From Erysipelotrichales bacterium (GTDB taxonomy: Bacteria; Bacillota_I; Bacilli_A; RFN20; CAG-826), in contig JAFLUZ010000002.1 of assembly GCA_022508535.1 (NCBI GenBank), positions 63,379 to 127,378 on the forward strand: a stretch of DNA of 64,000 nucleotides, given 5' to 3'. The notes beneath the pieces were generated by a model. That model saw nothing but the letters and a program-made list of their open reading frames with translations, was not told where the DNA came from and made no database searches. Shown piece by piece: positions 19,948-29,781 of this stretch. Position 1 is the stretch's first letter; every line of letters starts with the position of its first letter. The translations under genes and the position numbers were made by a program.

Positions 19948-21508
19948 TGTGTCACTTCAATACGGTGGAAGAGTATTATTTAAAGATGTAAATCTCACTT
20001 TTCAGCCACAAAATTGCTATGGAATTATAGGAGCAAATGGTGCTGGTAAGTCAACGTTTTTAAAAATTCTTTCTGGCGAGATTGAACCAAACACTGGTGA
20101 TGTCACAGTATCCGACAAAGAAAGAATGTCTGTACTAAAACAAAATCAAAATGCTTATGATGACGAATTAGTAGTTGATGCTGTATTACTTGGTCATCCA
20201 AGACTTGTTGAAATCCAAAGGCAAAAAGACGCTCTATATGCTAAGCCTGATTTTACTGAAGAAGATGGTATTTTAGCAGGAGAATTAGAGATTGAATTTG
20301 CAGAATTAGACGGATATGAGGCTGATGCTAATGCTAGACAATTATTAAATTCTCTTGGAATTGGAAGGGAATTTCAAGATAAGTATATGCGCGAATTAGA
20401 TTCTAAGCAAAAGGTCAAAGTTTTGCTTGCGCAAGCATTATTCGGTAACCCAGATATACTTATTTTAGATGAACCCACTAATAACCTTGATGCCATTGCG
20501 ACAAGATGGTTAGAAAATTTCTTATATAATTTTGACAATACAGTCATCATTGTTTCACATGATCGTCACTTTTTAAATAAAGTTTGCACAAGAATTTTAG
20601 ATGTCGATTATGGAAAAATTCAAGTTTATATTGGAAACTACGACTTCTGGTATGAATCATCACAATTAATTTTGAAACAATTGAAAGATCAAAATCAAAA
20701 GGCTGAAGCACGCAAAAAAGAACTAGAAGAATTTATTGCTCGATTCTCTGCAAATGCATCGAAATCTAAACAAGCAACGTCTCGTAAAAAGGAACTAGAA
20801 AAAATATCTATTGAGGATTTAAAACCTTCCTCACGTCGTTATCCATTTATTGATTTCAAATTTGAAAAAGATTTAGGTCAAGATATTTTGTTTGTAGAAC
20901 ATCTTGGAAAACAAGGATTATTTAACGATTTATCGTTCACACTAAAAAGAGGAGATAAAGTAGCTTTCTTATCACCAAATAGTAATATTTTAAATGCTTT
21001 ATTTGCTATTTTGGCAGGAGAAGATAATGAATATGAGGGAAGTTATAAATATGGAATTACTGTAACTCCTACATATTTACCAACCGAAAACTCAAAATAT
21101 TTTGATGGTCATCAAGAGTCACTTGTTGATTGGTTAAGACCATACTCTAGTGATCAGCATGAAAGTTATTTACGTGGTTGGCTTGGTAGAATGCTATTTT
21201 CTGGCGAAGAAGCACTTAAACCAGTATCAGTATTATCAGGTGGTGAAAAAGTTCGTTGCATGATGGCAAAGACGATGTTAACTGCTGGAAATCTTCTTAT
21301 TATGAATGAACCAACTAACCACCTTGATTTAGAGGCAATTACCGCTTTAAACAAGGGAATGATTAATTATAAGGGCGTACTTCTTTTTACAACTCATGAC
21401 CACGAGTTGATGCAAACAGTTGCAAATAGAATCATATATATTGATGAAAATGGATTCTTAGATAAAGAAATGACTTATGATGAATATCTAGATTTAATGG
21501 AAAAATAG
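19919..21508 (+). CDS. ABC-F family ATPase (two ABC domains, no TM domain)
   Basis: Two Walker A (GANGAGKST; second domain present), signature and Walker B motifs with an inter-domain linker; 529 aa. Confidence 0.8.
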   Translation: MVLIMLSVNNVSLQYGGRVLFKDVNLTFQPQNCYGIIGANGAGKSTFLKILSGEIEPNTGDVTVSDKERMSVLKQNQNAYDDELVVDAVLLGHPRLVEIQRQKDALYAKPDFTEEDGILAGELEIEFAELDGYEADANARQLLNSLGIGREFQDKYMRELDSKQKVKVLLAQALFGNPDILILDEPTNNLDAIATRWLENFLYNFDNTVIIVSHDRHFLNKVCTRILDVDYGKIQVYIGNYDFWYESSQLILKQLKDQNQKAEARKKELEEFIARFSANASKSKQATSRKKELEKISIEDLKPSSRRYPFIDFKFEKDLGQDILFVEHLGKQGLFNDLSFTLKRGDKVAFLSPNSNILNALFAILAGEDNEYEGSYKYGITVTPTYLPTENSKYFDGHQESLVDWLRPYSSDQHESYLRGWLGRMLFSGEEALKPVSVLSGGEKVRCMMAKTMLTAGNLLIMNEPTNHLDLEAITALNKGMINYKGVLLFTTHDHELMQTVANRIIYIDENGFLDKEMTYDEYLDLMEK

Positions 21509-21510
21509 TT

Positions 21511-22746
21511 ATGGCTAATGTCTTATTAATTGAAAGTGTTATTAACAAAGAAGATATTACATACAAGCATCTTGAAATGCTTGATCTTTTAAAAACGCTT
21601 GAAATCAGTCCGAACTATTTTGTAAAACAAGAATTAAGTGAACCATATACAAAAACATATCTTGGTTCGGGAAAAGTGCATGAGATTTACGAATTAATTA
21701 TGGCTTATAATATTGATTTGGTCGTGTGTAATTTTGATTTAACACCTGTTCAATATATGGCTTTAAAAGATAGATTCGATGTAGAAATTCTTGATAGAAC
21801 CGGTGTAATTTTACAAATATTCTCGCGTAAAGCAAAAAGTAAAGAGGCGCGATTACAAGCCGAAATTGCAAATTTAAAATATCTCAAATCACGCCTGGTT
21901 GATAAAGAAGCTAATTATTCACAAGTAACAAGCGGCGGAGGATTTAGAAATAAAGGGTCTGGTGAAAAACAAATTGATTTAGACCGAAACAAGTATAAAG
22001 TTCTTCTTAAAAGAAAAGAAGTCGAATTAGAAAAATTAGTTGTGCAAAGAAAAAATAATCGCAAAACGAGGTTTAATTTACCCGTCATGGCAATTGTCGG
22101 ATATACAAATGCCGGTAAATCCACATTATTGAATCAGTTATTAAAAAAATCAAACACCAAGGAAAGCAAAAGCATAATTCAAGAAGATAAATTATTCGCT
22201 ACTCTTGAAACTTCAACACGTCTCATAGATATTTACGAATACCCATACTTTCTTTTAACTGATACTGTTGGTTTTATTTCTAATTTGCCAACCATGCTCG
22301 TGGAAGCTTTCAAATCCACACTAGAGGAAATATCAGATGCTGATTTATTAATACATGTTGTCGATGTTTCTAATCCTAATTATTTAGAGCAAATTAATGT
22401 TACAAAAAGCATTTTAAAAGAATTAAACTGTGAAAATATTCCAACAGTATATTTATACAATAAAATTGATAAGTGCAAATCCATTCCATTTATTCCTAAA
22501 AGAAATGAATTGCTTGTTTCTTTAAAGGATTTCGAGGATTTAAAGCAAATCCTTGATTTGATATTTAATGAAATAAAAGAAAAATGGGAATATCTTGAAT
22601 TGGAAGTCCCATTTAGCAAAAATGTTTATATGATTAAAAAATATGGTTTTGTTGAAAATTTAGAGATGTTAGATGATAATTTTTTAGTTAAAGGATATTT
22701 CCCTAGTTATCATAAAAAATATCTTAAATCGATTTTAGATGATTAG
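21511..22746 (+). CDS. hflX: GTPase HflX
   Basis: HflX N-terminal domain plus G1 GYTNAGKSTLLN, G3 DTVGF and G4 NKID. Confidence 0.8.
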   Translation: MANVLLIESVINKEDITYKHLEMLDLLKTLEISPNYFVKQELSEPYTKTYLGSGKVHEIYELIMAYNIDLVVCNFDLTPVQYMALKDRFDVEILDRTGVILQIFSRKAKSKEARLQAEIANLKYLKSRLVDKEANYSQVTSGGGFRNKGSGEKQIDLDRNKYKVLLKRKEVELEKLVVQRKNNRKTRFNLPVMAIVGYTNAGKSTLLNQLLKKSNTKESKSIIQEDKLFATLETSTRLIDIYEYPYFLLTDTVGFISNLPTMLVEAFKSTLEEISDADLLIHVVDVSNPNYLEQINVTKSILKELNCENIPTVYLYNKIDKCKSIPFIPKRNELLVSLKDFEDLKQILDLIFNEIKEKWEYLELEVPFSKNVYMIKKYGFVENLEMLDDNFLVKGYFPSYHKKYLKSILDD

Positions 22747-23263
22747 TATACAATTCATAAACTTTTTGTGCCATATCTAGCAAAGTCAAATGTTCACTAT
22801 CGATGACATAATCGACTTTGCTTTTTGTTTCCTCAGAGAATTTTACACTATCATTAGCAATTCTAGATTTAGCGTTTTCGATAGAATCCCCTCTTAATAG
22901 CATTCTCCCAAATCGCGTTTTTTCATTTGCTTCAAGGAAAAAAGTCACAATATGTGGGTCATTTAAAGATATGAAAGCATCTAATCCTGCTGGATCTACT
23001 ATTAGTGCTTTATTATCACCTATTTCTTCTTTAGATGATCCATAATAGTTTCCATTATAGAAAGTTGTCTCAACAAAAGCATCCGCTTCCTTTAATTTTA
23101 AAAACTCTTCTTCGGTAACAAAATGATAATCCACATCCATTACCTCAGTTATTCTTATTGGTCTTGTCGTATGTGTTACAACTTTCTTAATATTAAATAA
23201 CACATTAAGAAGCTTTGCCACTTCTGTCTTTCCACTCGCGGAAGCACCAACTAAAAGAATCAT
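22724..23263 (-). CDS. gmk: guanylate kinase (short form)
   Basis: P-loop GASASGKT and the guanylate-kinase signature TTRPIR...DVDYHFVTEEEF...NGNYYGS. Confidence 0.6.
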   Translation of the reverse strand: MILLVGASASGKTEVAKLLNVLFNIKKVVTHTTRPIRITEVMDVDYHFVTEEEFLKLKEADAFVETTFYNGNYYGSSKEEIGDNKALIVDPAGLDAFISLNDPHIVTFFLEANEKTRFGRMLLRGDSIENAKSRIANDSVKFSEETKSKVDYVIDSEHLTLLDMAQKVYELYTNHLKSI

Positions 23264-23386
23264 AAGTCGACCTTCTTTCTACTATCGTTTTAAGTATAAC
23301 AATAATTTACGAAAATAAAAATATTTATATTTTTTTATGCGAAATTTATCATTTGCTTAACTATAAGTAATAATGGAGGGGTTAAA

Positions 23387-23755
23387 ATGCAAAAGAAGAT
23401 AATGACAGAGATTCCTTTTAATGAAATGCATCGCCTAATAAGTGATATATTTGTACAAATAAAAGGAATGAGAATAAGACACTATCAGAACCCAGAAGAA
23501 GTAAATGTGGTATTCAGGGAAGGAGAAGAAAGCTATAATTATTTAAAAGAGCATAAAACAGAACAAAATAAATTGTTATTTAATGTTCATCAAGCATTAT
23601 TTTCCTTAGATGAAGAAGATAGAAAACTTATTATTGGAGAATTTTATGAAACAAAACCTTTATGGTGGATGAATTATTATTCGCGCAGCACATATTATAG
23701 AAAGCAAAGAAAAGCAATGAGATTATTTCTATACTTTTATGGGTGTTCAGTATGA
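23387..23755 (+). CDS. small sigma-70-region-4-like regulator (ArpU/RinA-like), first gene of the Tad-like operon
   Basis: The C-terminal half ALFSLDEEDRKLIIGEFYE...YSRSTYYRKQRKAMRLF fits the region-4 pattern AL..L...R.VI.L.Y...S..TV..R..RA. The match is weak. Confidence 0.3.
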   Translation: MQKKIMTEIPFNEMHRLISDIFVQIKGMRIRHYQNPEEVNVVFREGEESYNYLKEHKTEQNKLLFNVHQALFSLDEEDRKLIIGEFYETKPLWWMNYYSRSTYYRKQRKAMRLFLYFYGCSV

Positions 23756-24714
23756 TTAAAAAATTCTTGCTTGTTTTTTTAGCACTATCGTATATATCAC
23801 CAAACAGTAAATCTAATAGATTTAAAGATATTTATATTACTCCTATAAGTGATGATATTGTTATTAATTTTTCATATGTAGTCGGAACAACAAGCGATGT
23901 GAGATTTTCAATTTTTATTGAATATCCTGATTCTTTGCCAATTTATTTATATACAAATACAGTTTCCATAGTTTTCAACTATTCTGATAGTTTCCCATTA
24001 TTTAAAAGGCATTTAAAAGATGACGCTTCTTTGATTTTTAAAGCTAATAGTATAAATGGGTCTTCTTATCTTAGATTTGATTTGAAAAGCCAAAATGAGA
24101 CTTATGATTTATTAGAACAGCGATATTTTTATCTAGAAGATGCTGTGCAATATCTCAGTGATAGAGAAATAATAAATTACGCAAACGAAACTATAGAATT
24201 CAATGAACTCAATCATAATCTTGATTTATCATTGCCTTACTTATTTTATGATCATATCTATTTTTCCCAGGACTCATATTTTTTCCAAGATGAGCTGCAA
24301 TTCGATGAAATCACAATGGAAATAATGGATAAAAACAATATTTTTCCTCTTTTAACTCATAAAGAAGATACAGTAATTATTAATCTTGAATTAGAAAAGA
24401 AAAATAATATGTACTATCTATCTTTATTAGACAAACTTTATGTATATAATGACACTTTAATCTTATCTAACAGCCCAAAAGATGGTTTTGTACGAACAAA
24501 TTATTTGTATATACCAAAAAATTGTTTAGAAGAACAATTCGATATAACAATTAAATTTAAAAGCTTAGGATTACAAAAAATTAATTGTTATTATAACTAT
24601 ATTTTGTGGCGCAATAAAAAATTTGTCGGTTCTTGCTCTTCGTCATTAAATTGCGTGCGTATAAGTGAGTCTAACGATTATTTTGATACAAACATGTCGG
24701 AGGTGTTCGTATGA
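23743..24714 (+). CDS. hypothetical secreted or membrane-anchored protein of the Tad-like operon
   Basis: N-terminal hydrophobic signal MIKKFLLVFLALSYIS; 323 aa; 4-bp overlap with the next gene. Confidence 0.4.
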   Translation: MFSMIKKFLLVFLALSYISPNSKSNRFKDIYITPISDDIVINFSYVVGTTSDVRFSIFIEYPDSLPIYLYTNTVSIVFNYSDSFPLFKRHLKDDASLIFKANSINGSSYLRFDLKSQNETYDLLEQRYFYLEDAVQYLSDREIINYANETIEFNELNHNLDLSLPYLFYDHIYFSQDSYFFQDELQFDEITMEIMDKNNIFPLLTHKEDTVIINLELEKKNNMYYLSLLDKLYVYNDTLILSNSPKDGFVRTNYLYIPKNCLEEQFDITIKFKSLGLQKINCYYNYILWRNKKFVGSCSSSLNCVRISESNDYFDTNMSEVFV

Positions 24715-25076
24715 TTGTTTTTTTAACAACGGCATTTTTATTTTTATTCTCTCTTGCAAACTTTACAAATACAATAACTTATAATTCAATTGATCAAAGG
24801 TTTTATTCATCGTTAAAAAGTTCGGCAGAAAATTCAATCGTGTATTCTGGTGATATTATCTATTTTGATAAGTATCTTTTAAATGTGACGTTAAATGATT
24901 TATTAACTCGTGAACTAAAAGTAATATCTCCAAAAAAATACTACGTATATATTAATTATTATTATGGAGATGGCACAGCTTGTAGTTATCGATGCAAAAG
25001 TGTCAATATCCGCTTAAAAGTAGGCATTTCGTCAACTGCAACGTATGATAAGGCATACTCACTTACAATAGGATAA
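24711..25076 (+). CDS. hypothetical N-terminal-TM protein (pseudopilin-like?)
   Basis: N-terminal TM helix MIVFLTTAFLFLFSLANF followed by a ~95-aa soluble domain. Confidence 0.35.
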   Translation: MIVFLTTAFLFLFSLANFTNTITYNSIDQRFYSSLKSSAENSIVYSGDIIYFDKYLLNVTLNDLLTRELKVISPKKYYVYINYYYGDGTACSYRCKSVNIRLKVGISSTATYDKAYSLTIG

Positions 25077-25080
25077 AGTT

Positions 25081-26052
25081 ATGAACGATAAATTATATGA
25101 TTTTTTCTTAAATTCTTTTTTGAATCCTTTATTAAGCGATAATGACATTACTGACATTTACTACAATGGGCGAGATATTTTTTATCAATCCAATAGCTTC
25201 GGGCGCCAAAAATCTGATTTAAAAGTTGATCCTAACTATATAAATAATTTTATTCGCCAAATTGCCAATATGTCCGAAAAATTATTTTCAATTTCCAATC
25301 CAATTTTAGATGTTTCAATAAGGAATTTTCGTATTAACGCTGTTCATGGCTCAATTGCAAAACAAAAGTATGAAAAGGTTATCACCTTTGCTATTAGGAA
25401 AGCCAGTAACACTTATAATGTTGATTCGATTTTAAATAATCTACCACAAGAATTAATTGATTATTTTAAGAATGTTCTTTCGGACAAAAAATCTATTATC
25501 ATCTGTGGTAACACTGGAAGTGGCAAAACAGAATGGCAAAAATATCTTATTTCATTGATAGAGGATAACACTAGACTAATTGTTATTGATAATATTGAAG
25601 AGTTATCAATTATGCAAAATGAAAAATTAGATATTACTTTTTGGCAAGTGGATGAAAATAATAGTCATATTGATTTGAATGGTCTAATCTCAAATTCATT
25701 AAGATTTAATCCTGATTGGACAATTATTGCTGAATCAAGAGGAAAAGAGATGAACGCCATTTTAACATCAGTATTAACTGGTCATCCAATAATCTTAACT
25801 ATGCATGCCAAAAGCTTAAAACTCATTCCATCAAGGATTATGCAAATGATCTTGCAAAATGAATCGGCAATACGAGACACTAGGATTCTTGAAAAAAATA
25901 TATATAGTGCTTTCAACGTTGGTGTGCATATTGAAATTAAAAAAATAAATGGTAAAGTAATCCGCTATATTGATGAAATAAGAGAATTTTTACCAAGCAA
26001 AAGAACGAAAATTATTTACAAATATAAAGGAAGTGATCTTGATTTGTTATGA
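25081..26052 (+). CDS. secretion/pilus-assembly ATPase of the CpaF/TadA-VirB11-GspE superfamily
   Basis: Walker A ICGNTGSGKTE, Asp/Walker B box LIVIDNIEE, and His-box-region motifs RFNPDWTIIAESRGKE and GHPIILTMHAKS (compare RPDRIIVGEVRG and GH.GS.TIHA). Confidence 0.75.
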   Translation: MNDKLYDFFLNSFLNPLLSDNDITDIYYNGRDIFYQSNSFGRQKSDLKVDPNYINNFIRQIANMSEKLFSISNPILDVSIRNFRINAVHGSIAKQKYEKVITFAIRKASNTYNVDSILNNLPQELIDYFKNVLSDKKSIIICGNTGSGKTEWQKYLISLIEDNTRLIVIDNIEELSIMQNEKLDITFWQVDENNSHIDLNGLISNSLRFNPDWTIIAESRGKEMNAILTSVLTGHPIILTMHAKSLKLIPSRIMQMILQNESAIRDTRILEKNIYSAFNVGVHIEIKKINGKVIRYIDEIREFLPSKRTKIIYKYKGSDLDLL

Positions 26053-26735
26053 TTATATGTCTCGGTTGCAGTATTTTAATGTTTTCATTATTATTTTTAA
26101 CAACAGGAGTTTTAGAATATAGCCTAATCGGTGGAATTGTTACATTTTTGTATAGCTTTTTATACGCAAGTGGAGCAATAAAAAAATACACAAATGCACA
26201 ACGATCAACTATCGAATGTGCCAACTTTATCAATACTGTAATTATTTCTTTAAGCATTTCAAACTCATTAGAAATGGCTTATAAAGACGCTACAACAAAA
26301 ATGTCTAAGCAACTAGACAAATTTATTAAGAATCAATGTAAATCTTTAGATGTTTCAGAAAATTTGGAAACTTTACGAAATTATTTTAAATCATCAACTT
26401 ATGCAGTTTTTTTAAACATTTTAAAAATGCATGCATATAATGGTGGCAATATACTGGAAATGTCCGTAAATTTACAATTAGAATTACGTAGGAAACAAGA
26501 AATAATTAATTCCATAAAACAAATTAACAATAGGAAAACATATGAATTTTTCTCTCTTTGGGCTTTTTGTTTAGCAATTTTGCTTTTTTGCCGATTAGGT
26601 CTTAATAACATTTACCAAATGATGCAATCATATTTCCTTTTTAATTACGAAATATTGTTTTTCTTTGCATTTATGCTTTTCTCATCCCATCTATTCATTT
26701 CCAATGTTACAAATTCAATTAAGAAGGTGATATAA
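26049..26735 (+). CDS. TadB-like inner-membrane platform protein (single T2SS-F-type domain)
   Basis: Topology of TM helices, a ~120-aa cytoplasmic helical domain and further TM helices, positioned directly after the ATPase. Confidence 0.45.
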   Translation: MIICLGCSILMFSLLFLTTGVLEYSLIGGIVTFLYSFLYASGAIKKYTNAQRSTIECANFINTVIISLSISNSLEMAYKDATTKMSKQLDKFIKNQCKSLDVSENLETLRNYFKSSTYAVFLNILKMHAYNGGNILEMSVNLQLELRRKQEIINSIKQINNRKTYEFFSLWAFCLAILLFCRLGLNNIYQMMQSYFLFNYEILFFFAFMLFSSHLFISNVTNSIKKVI

Positions 26736-27403
26736 TGTTCAACTTAAAAAGCAAAATAACATCATTGGGACTAGATTATAAAAAAGAAATAACAAAAATT
26801 TGCGCACTAAGTATCATTATTCTTTTTGGTTCTTTATATTTATCTTATTATCTCAAATCATATTATATTGGACTTGTCGGTTTTGTAATTATCTTTGTTG
26901 TAATAGAGTTATTTGGTCTATTATATGATAAAAAATTGTCATCGCTAAAACGTGAAAACGAGACTGAATTTGTTGTTGTATTAAATTATATTCAAACATA
27001 TTTGCACAATGGCTTTAATGTATATAAAGCCATCGAAGAAACCATTCAATTCACAACACCCTGGATGCAAAACAAATTAGGAATATTAATTGCGGATATT
27101 GATAATGACAAAACTATCGCGCCATTTATAACCTTTTCTCATTCTTTTGATTCTAAAATCATTGAACAAGTAATGATTTCTCTGTTTCTAATGGTAGAAA
27201 ATGGATCAAATGATGAATTTATTCTCCGTTTCACTCCAATCTTCAATCAACTAGAAAAGGATAGCAAACACAAATTAGTAAAGCAAATAGAAAGCAAATT
27301 TGATAGTTTAAATCTATTACCTGTCATAGGTTCAGCAATTATAACATTACTAATAATCACTGGCGTAGTTGGTTTAATAGGAGGTGTACTTAATGGCTTC
27401 TAA
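26735..27403 (+). CDS. TadC-like inner-membrane platform protein
   Basis: Same topology as the preceding gene; the ATPase-B-C order matches Tad loci. Confidence 0.45.
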   Translation: MFNLKSKITSLGLDYKKEITKICALSIIILFGSLYLSYYLKSYYIGLVGFVIIFVVIELFGLLYDKKLSSLKRENETEFVVVLNYIQTYLHNGFNVYKAIEETIQFTTPWMQNKLGILIADIDNDKTIAPFITFSHSFDSKIIEQVMISLFLMVENGSNDEFILRFTPIFNQLEKDSKHKLVKQIESKFDSLNLLPVIGSAIITLLIITGVVGLIGGVLNGF

Positions 27404-27734
27404 CCTTGCGCATATTTTGGCCTTATTTTTGATTATTCCGTTTATTCTATTTTCCACTGATTTAATTGGCATACAAGAAACATATACAGAACTAGAAAAT
27501 GTAGCTACACAAGTGTCATTTAAAATACAAAAAATTGGCTATATTAGCGATGACTTAATTAATGAGATATACCAAACCTTCCACGCATATTTAGAAAGTG
27601 AGACAAATTCGAAACAAAGTTTTGGCGATTTAATTGAATTTAACATCTATAAATATTATGTAGGCAATTTTATCAATGATGGCAAAACACTAATTCGAAT
27701 TAAAAGAACTGTGTTGATTGGCTATATTGATTAG
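27384..27734 (+). CDS. N-terminal-TM small protein (TadE/pseudopilin-like?)
   Basis: N-terminal TM helix HILALFLIIPFILF followed by a soluble domain. Confidence 0.3.
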   Translation: MYLMASNLAHILALFLIIPFILFSTDLIGIQETYTELENVATQVSFKIQKIGYISDDLINEIYQTFHAYLESETNSKQSFGDLIEFNIYKYYVGNFINDGKTLIRIKRTVLIGYID

Positions 27735-27746
27735 AAAGGAGAAAAC

Positions 27747-27899
27747 ATGGGAGAACTTAAAGGACAAATTTTAGGCATTTTATTAGTGTTAATGGTCTTT
27801 GGTGGATTAATTACTGCTTATACTACAGTATTTAATAATGCTCAAACAACTATTACAACGCGCGCCAACAATTACATCAATTCCGAAACAATGCCGTAA
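27747..27899 (+). CDS. 50-aa hydrophobic pilin-like protein (Flp-like candidate)
   Basis: Not in the ORF track. RBS aaaggag; protein MGELKGQILGILLVLMVFGGLITAYTTVFNNAQTTITTRANNYINSETMP has a short charged leader and one TM helix. Confidence 0.3.
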   Translation: MGELKGQILGILLVLMVFGGLITAYTTVFNNAQTTITTRANNYINSETMP

Positions 27900-27904
27900 A
27901 AATT

Positions 27905-27935
27905 AAAAGGGGATTTTATCCCCTTTTATTTTATT
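27905..27935 (+). terminator. rho-independent terminator ending the Tad-like operon
   Basis: Stem aaggggat/atcccctt with loop ttt and a T-run. Confidence 0.6.
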
Positions 27936-27992
27936 GTTTACATCAATGCCTTTTATGATATAATTATGAAAAAGAAAAAGAGGTATAAATTA

Positions 27993-28214
27993 ATGAACAA
28001 ATTAGATGAAATAAAAGCAATGTTTGCAAAAAAAGTTAAAGTTGAAGAGTTAGATCCAGCAGCAGAATTAAAATCACTTGGTCTTGATTCATTGGATTTA
28101 GTTGAACTTATTATGGATATTGAAGAGAATTATGGCGTTGAATTTGATAACGAAGAACTAGTTGAATTTAAAACAGTTGGTGACGTTTTAAGCGCTATTG
28201 AGAAAAAACTTTAA
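27993..28214 (+). CDS. acpP: acyl carrier protein
   Basis: LGLDSLDLVELIM phosphopantetheine-attachment motif. RBS aagagg precedes the ATG at 27993; the track's start at 27966 is probably an upstream extension. Confidence 0.85.
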   Translation: MNKLDEIKAMFAKKVKVEELDPAAELKSLGLDSLDLVELIMDIEENYGVEFDNEELVEFKTVGDVLSAIEKKL

Positions 28215-28268
28215 TATATTAGAACATTTTTGTTGAAATTTGTTTTTTTCTATGATATTATTCTTTTT

Positions 28269-28291
28269 GCCTGATAATTTCAGGCAAAAAG
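28269..28291 (+). terminator. acpP terminator
   Basis: Stem gcctga/tcaggc followed by AAAAAG; the T-rich left flank suggests it is bidirectional. Confidence 0.5.
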
Positions 28292-28301
28292 ATTATGGTA
28301 T

Positions 28302-28377
28302 GCTTACTTAGCTCAGTCGGTAGAGCTATCGGCTGTTAACCGATCGGTCGTAGGTTCGAGTCCTACAGTAAGCGCCA
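28302..28377 (+). tRNA. tRNA-Asn, anticodon GTT
   Basis: Acceptor GCTTACT/AGTAAGC, anticodon loop CTGTTAA, T-loop TTCGAGT, encoded CCA. Confidence 0.8.
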
Positions 28378-28385
28378 TTTTTATT

Positions 28386-28462
28386 GGCCTATTGGAGAAG
28401 CGGCTTAACTCACATGCCTTTCACGCATGCATTCATGGGTTCGAATCCCGTATAGGTCACCA
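28386..28462 (+). tRNA. tRNA-Glu, anticodon TTC
   Basis: Acceptor GGCCTAT/ATAGGTC, anticodon stem CATGC/GCATG, loop CTTTCAC, T-loop TTCGAAT, encoded CCA. The 3' end is part of the attL repeat. Confidence 0.8.
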
Positions 28463-28465
28463 TTT
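28447..28465. repeat. attL: 19-bp direct repeat cccgtataggtcaccattt (3' end of tRNA-Glu)
   Basis: An identical 19-mer recurs at 43294-43312. Confidence 0.7.
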
Positions 28466-28475
28466 TACAAAATCG

Positions 28476-28497
28476 CCGATTTTATCGGCTTTTTTTG
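28476..28497 (+). terminator. terminator after the tRNA pair
   Basis: Stem gccgat/atcggc with loop ttt and a 7-T run. Confidence 0.55.
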
Positions 28498-28501
28498 TGC
28501 C

Positions 28502-28542
28502 GTGATACTCTTGTGATACTGCTATGATACTGGCGTGATACT
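28502..28542. promoter_or_regulatory. four direct (G/A)TGATACT repeats at 11-bp spacing (putative integrase arm-type sites)
   Basis: gtgatact at 28502, 28513 and 28535; atgatact at 28524. They lie between attL and the 3' end of the integrase gene. Related copies gtgatact/ttgatact occur at 43157 and 43169 near attR. Confidence 0.5.
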
Positions 28543-28548
28543 TATATA

Positions 28549-29607
28549 CTATTGAAAGTATTGCGCCATTTTTGTTTTTCTAGATGGCAATAAATGAGCA
28601 TATACTCTTATAGTTGTAGATGTATCAGCATGGCCTAACCAGGAAGCCACCAGCTCAATCTCTGCACCTTTATTAAATAAATAAGTTGCGCATGAGTGTC
28701 TAAATTCATGCAACTTAATTACTTTCAAATTTGCGCGTTTGCAGTACTCTACTTGGGCACGTTTTATTGTTGTTTCTCCTATAACACATCCTTTCTTTTT
28801 GGTACTTGGGAATAGGAAATCATCATTTTTATGCTTAATTGATTCAGCATATTCTTCATACGCATATCGTATAGGAATGAGTAGTGGATAATCTCTCAAA
28901 CTAGCTGAAGATTTAACAGAAGTAATTACTTGCTTATGTGAGCCAGTTTTATTACTTACTGCGCGTTTTATATAAACTTTATCCATAACTATATCAGAGT
29001 GTTTTAATCCTCTTAGTTCTCCCATGCGCAATCCGTAATCAAATAGAAGTAGAAAGATTAATTTGTACATGGGTGAATCAATTACAGATAATAATTTTTC
29101 AAACTCTTCATAAGTGTAATAATCAAATTTCTTTGGTTCTACATATTGCTTTTTAAATACATACAAATTAGATTCAGTCACTGCAGGATCTAATCCGTAT
29201 TTTCTTAAAAACATTACATATACTTTTGCAAGAAATATGATATTAGTAATCGATTTAAGTTTAATTTTATTAACATTATTATTAAAAGTTTCTAGCACAT
29301 GATTAGTAACTTTTGATACTTTTAATTTACCGAAATATGGCAATAAATGTTGGTTGTAAAGATTGCTATATCGATACGCTGAAGCCTCTTTATATCTACT
29401 ATATAAATAATCAATGAATCTCTTTGTTAGATCTTCGCATATATATTCAGATTTCTTTTTATATGAATTGATTAGTGTAGGAATATAAGATGAAGCACTA
29501 CGTTTACTATCAAAGCCACGTTTAATATACTGCTTGTTATCGATAGTGATTTTTACATAGTATTTTTGCTCACCTTTTTTTGTTTTGTATCCATAAACGT
29601 TTTGCAT
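28549..29607 (-). CDS. tyrosine-type site-specific integrase
   Basis: C-terminal catalytic region HEFRHSCATYLFNKGAEIELVASWLGHADTSTTIRVYAHL (R..H..R..Y box). Confidence 0.85.
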   Translation of the reverse strand: MQNVYGYKTKKGEQKYYVKITIDNKQYIKRGFDSKRSASSYIPTLINSYKKKSEYICEDLTKRFIDYLYSRYKEASAYRYSNLYNQHLLPYFGKLKVSKVTNHVLETFNNNVNKIKLKSITNIIFLAKVYVMFLRKYGLDPAVTESNLYVFKKQYVEPKKFDYYTYEEFEKLLSVIDSPMYKLIFLLLFDYGLRMGELRGLKHSDIVMDKVYIKRAVSNKTGSHKQVITSVKSSASLRDYPLLIPIRYAYEEYAESIKHKNDDFLFPSTKKKGCVIGETTIKRAQVEYCKRANLKVIKLHEFRHSCATYLFNKGAEIELVASWLGHADTSTTIRVYAHLLPSRKTKMAQYFQ

Positions 29608-29781
29608 ATTAAGTTACTCCAAGATCTACCTGAACATAGTAATTTGATCCTGGATAACTTTTTATAATTTTGCGCGCTCCATAAGGAAACTCGCTTATGT
29701 TTTTTGGAATATGTGAAATAAAGAATTGCCTTTTATGGCATCTACAATTTTCATCAATATAGTTAATAATTAATAGCATTA

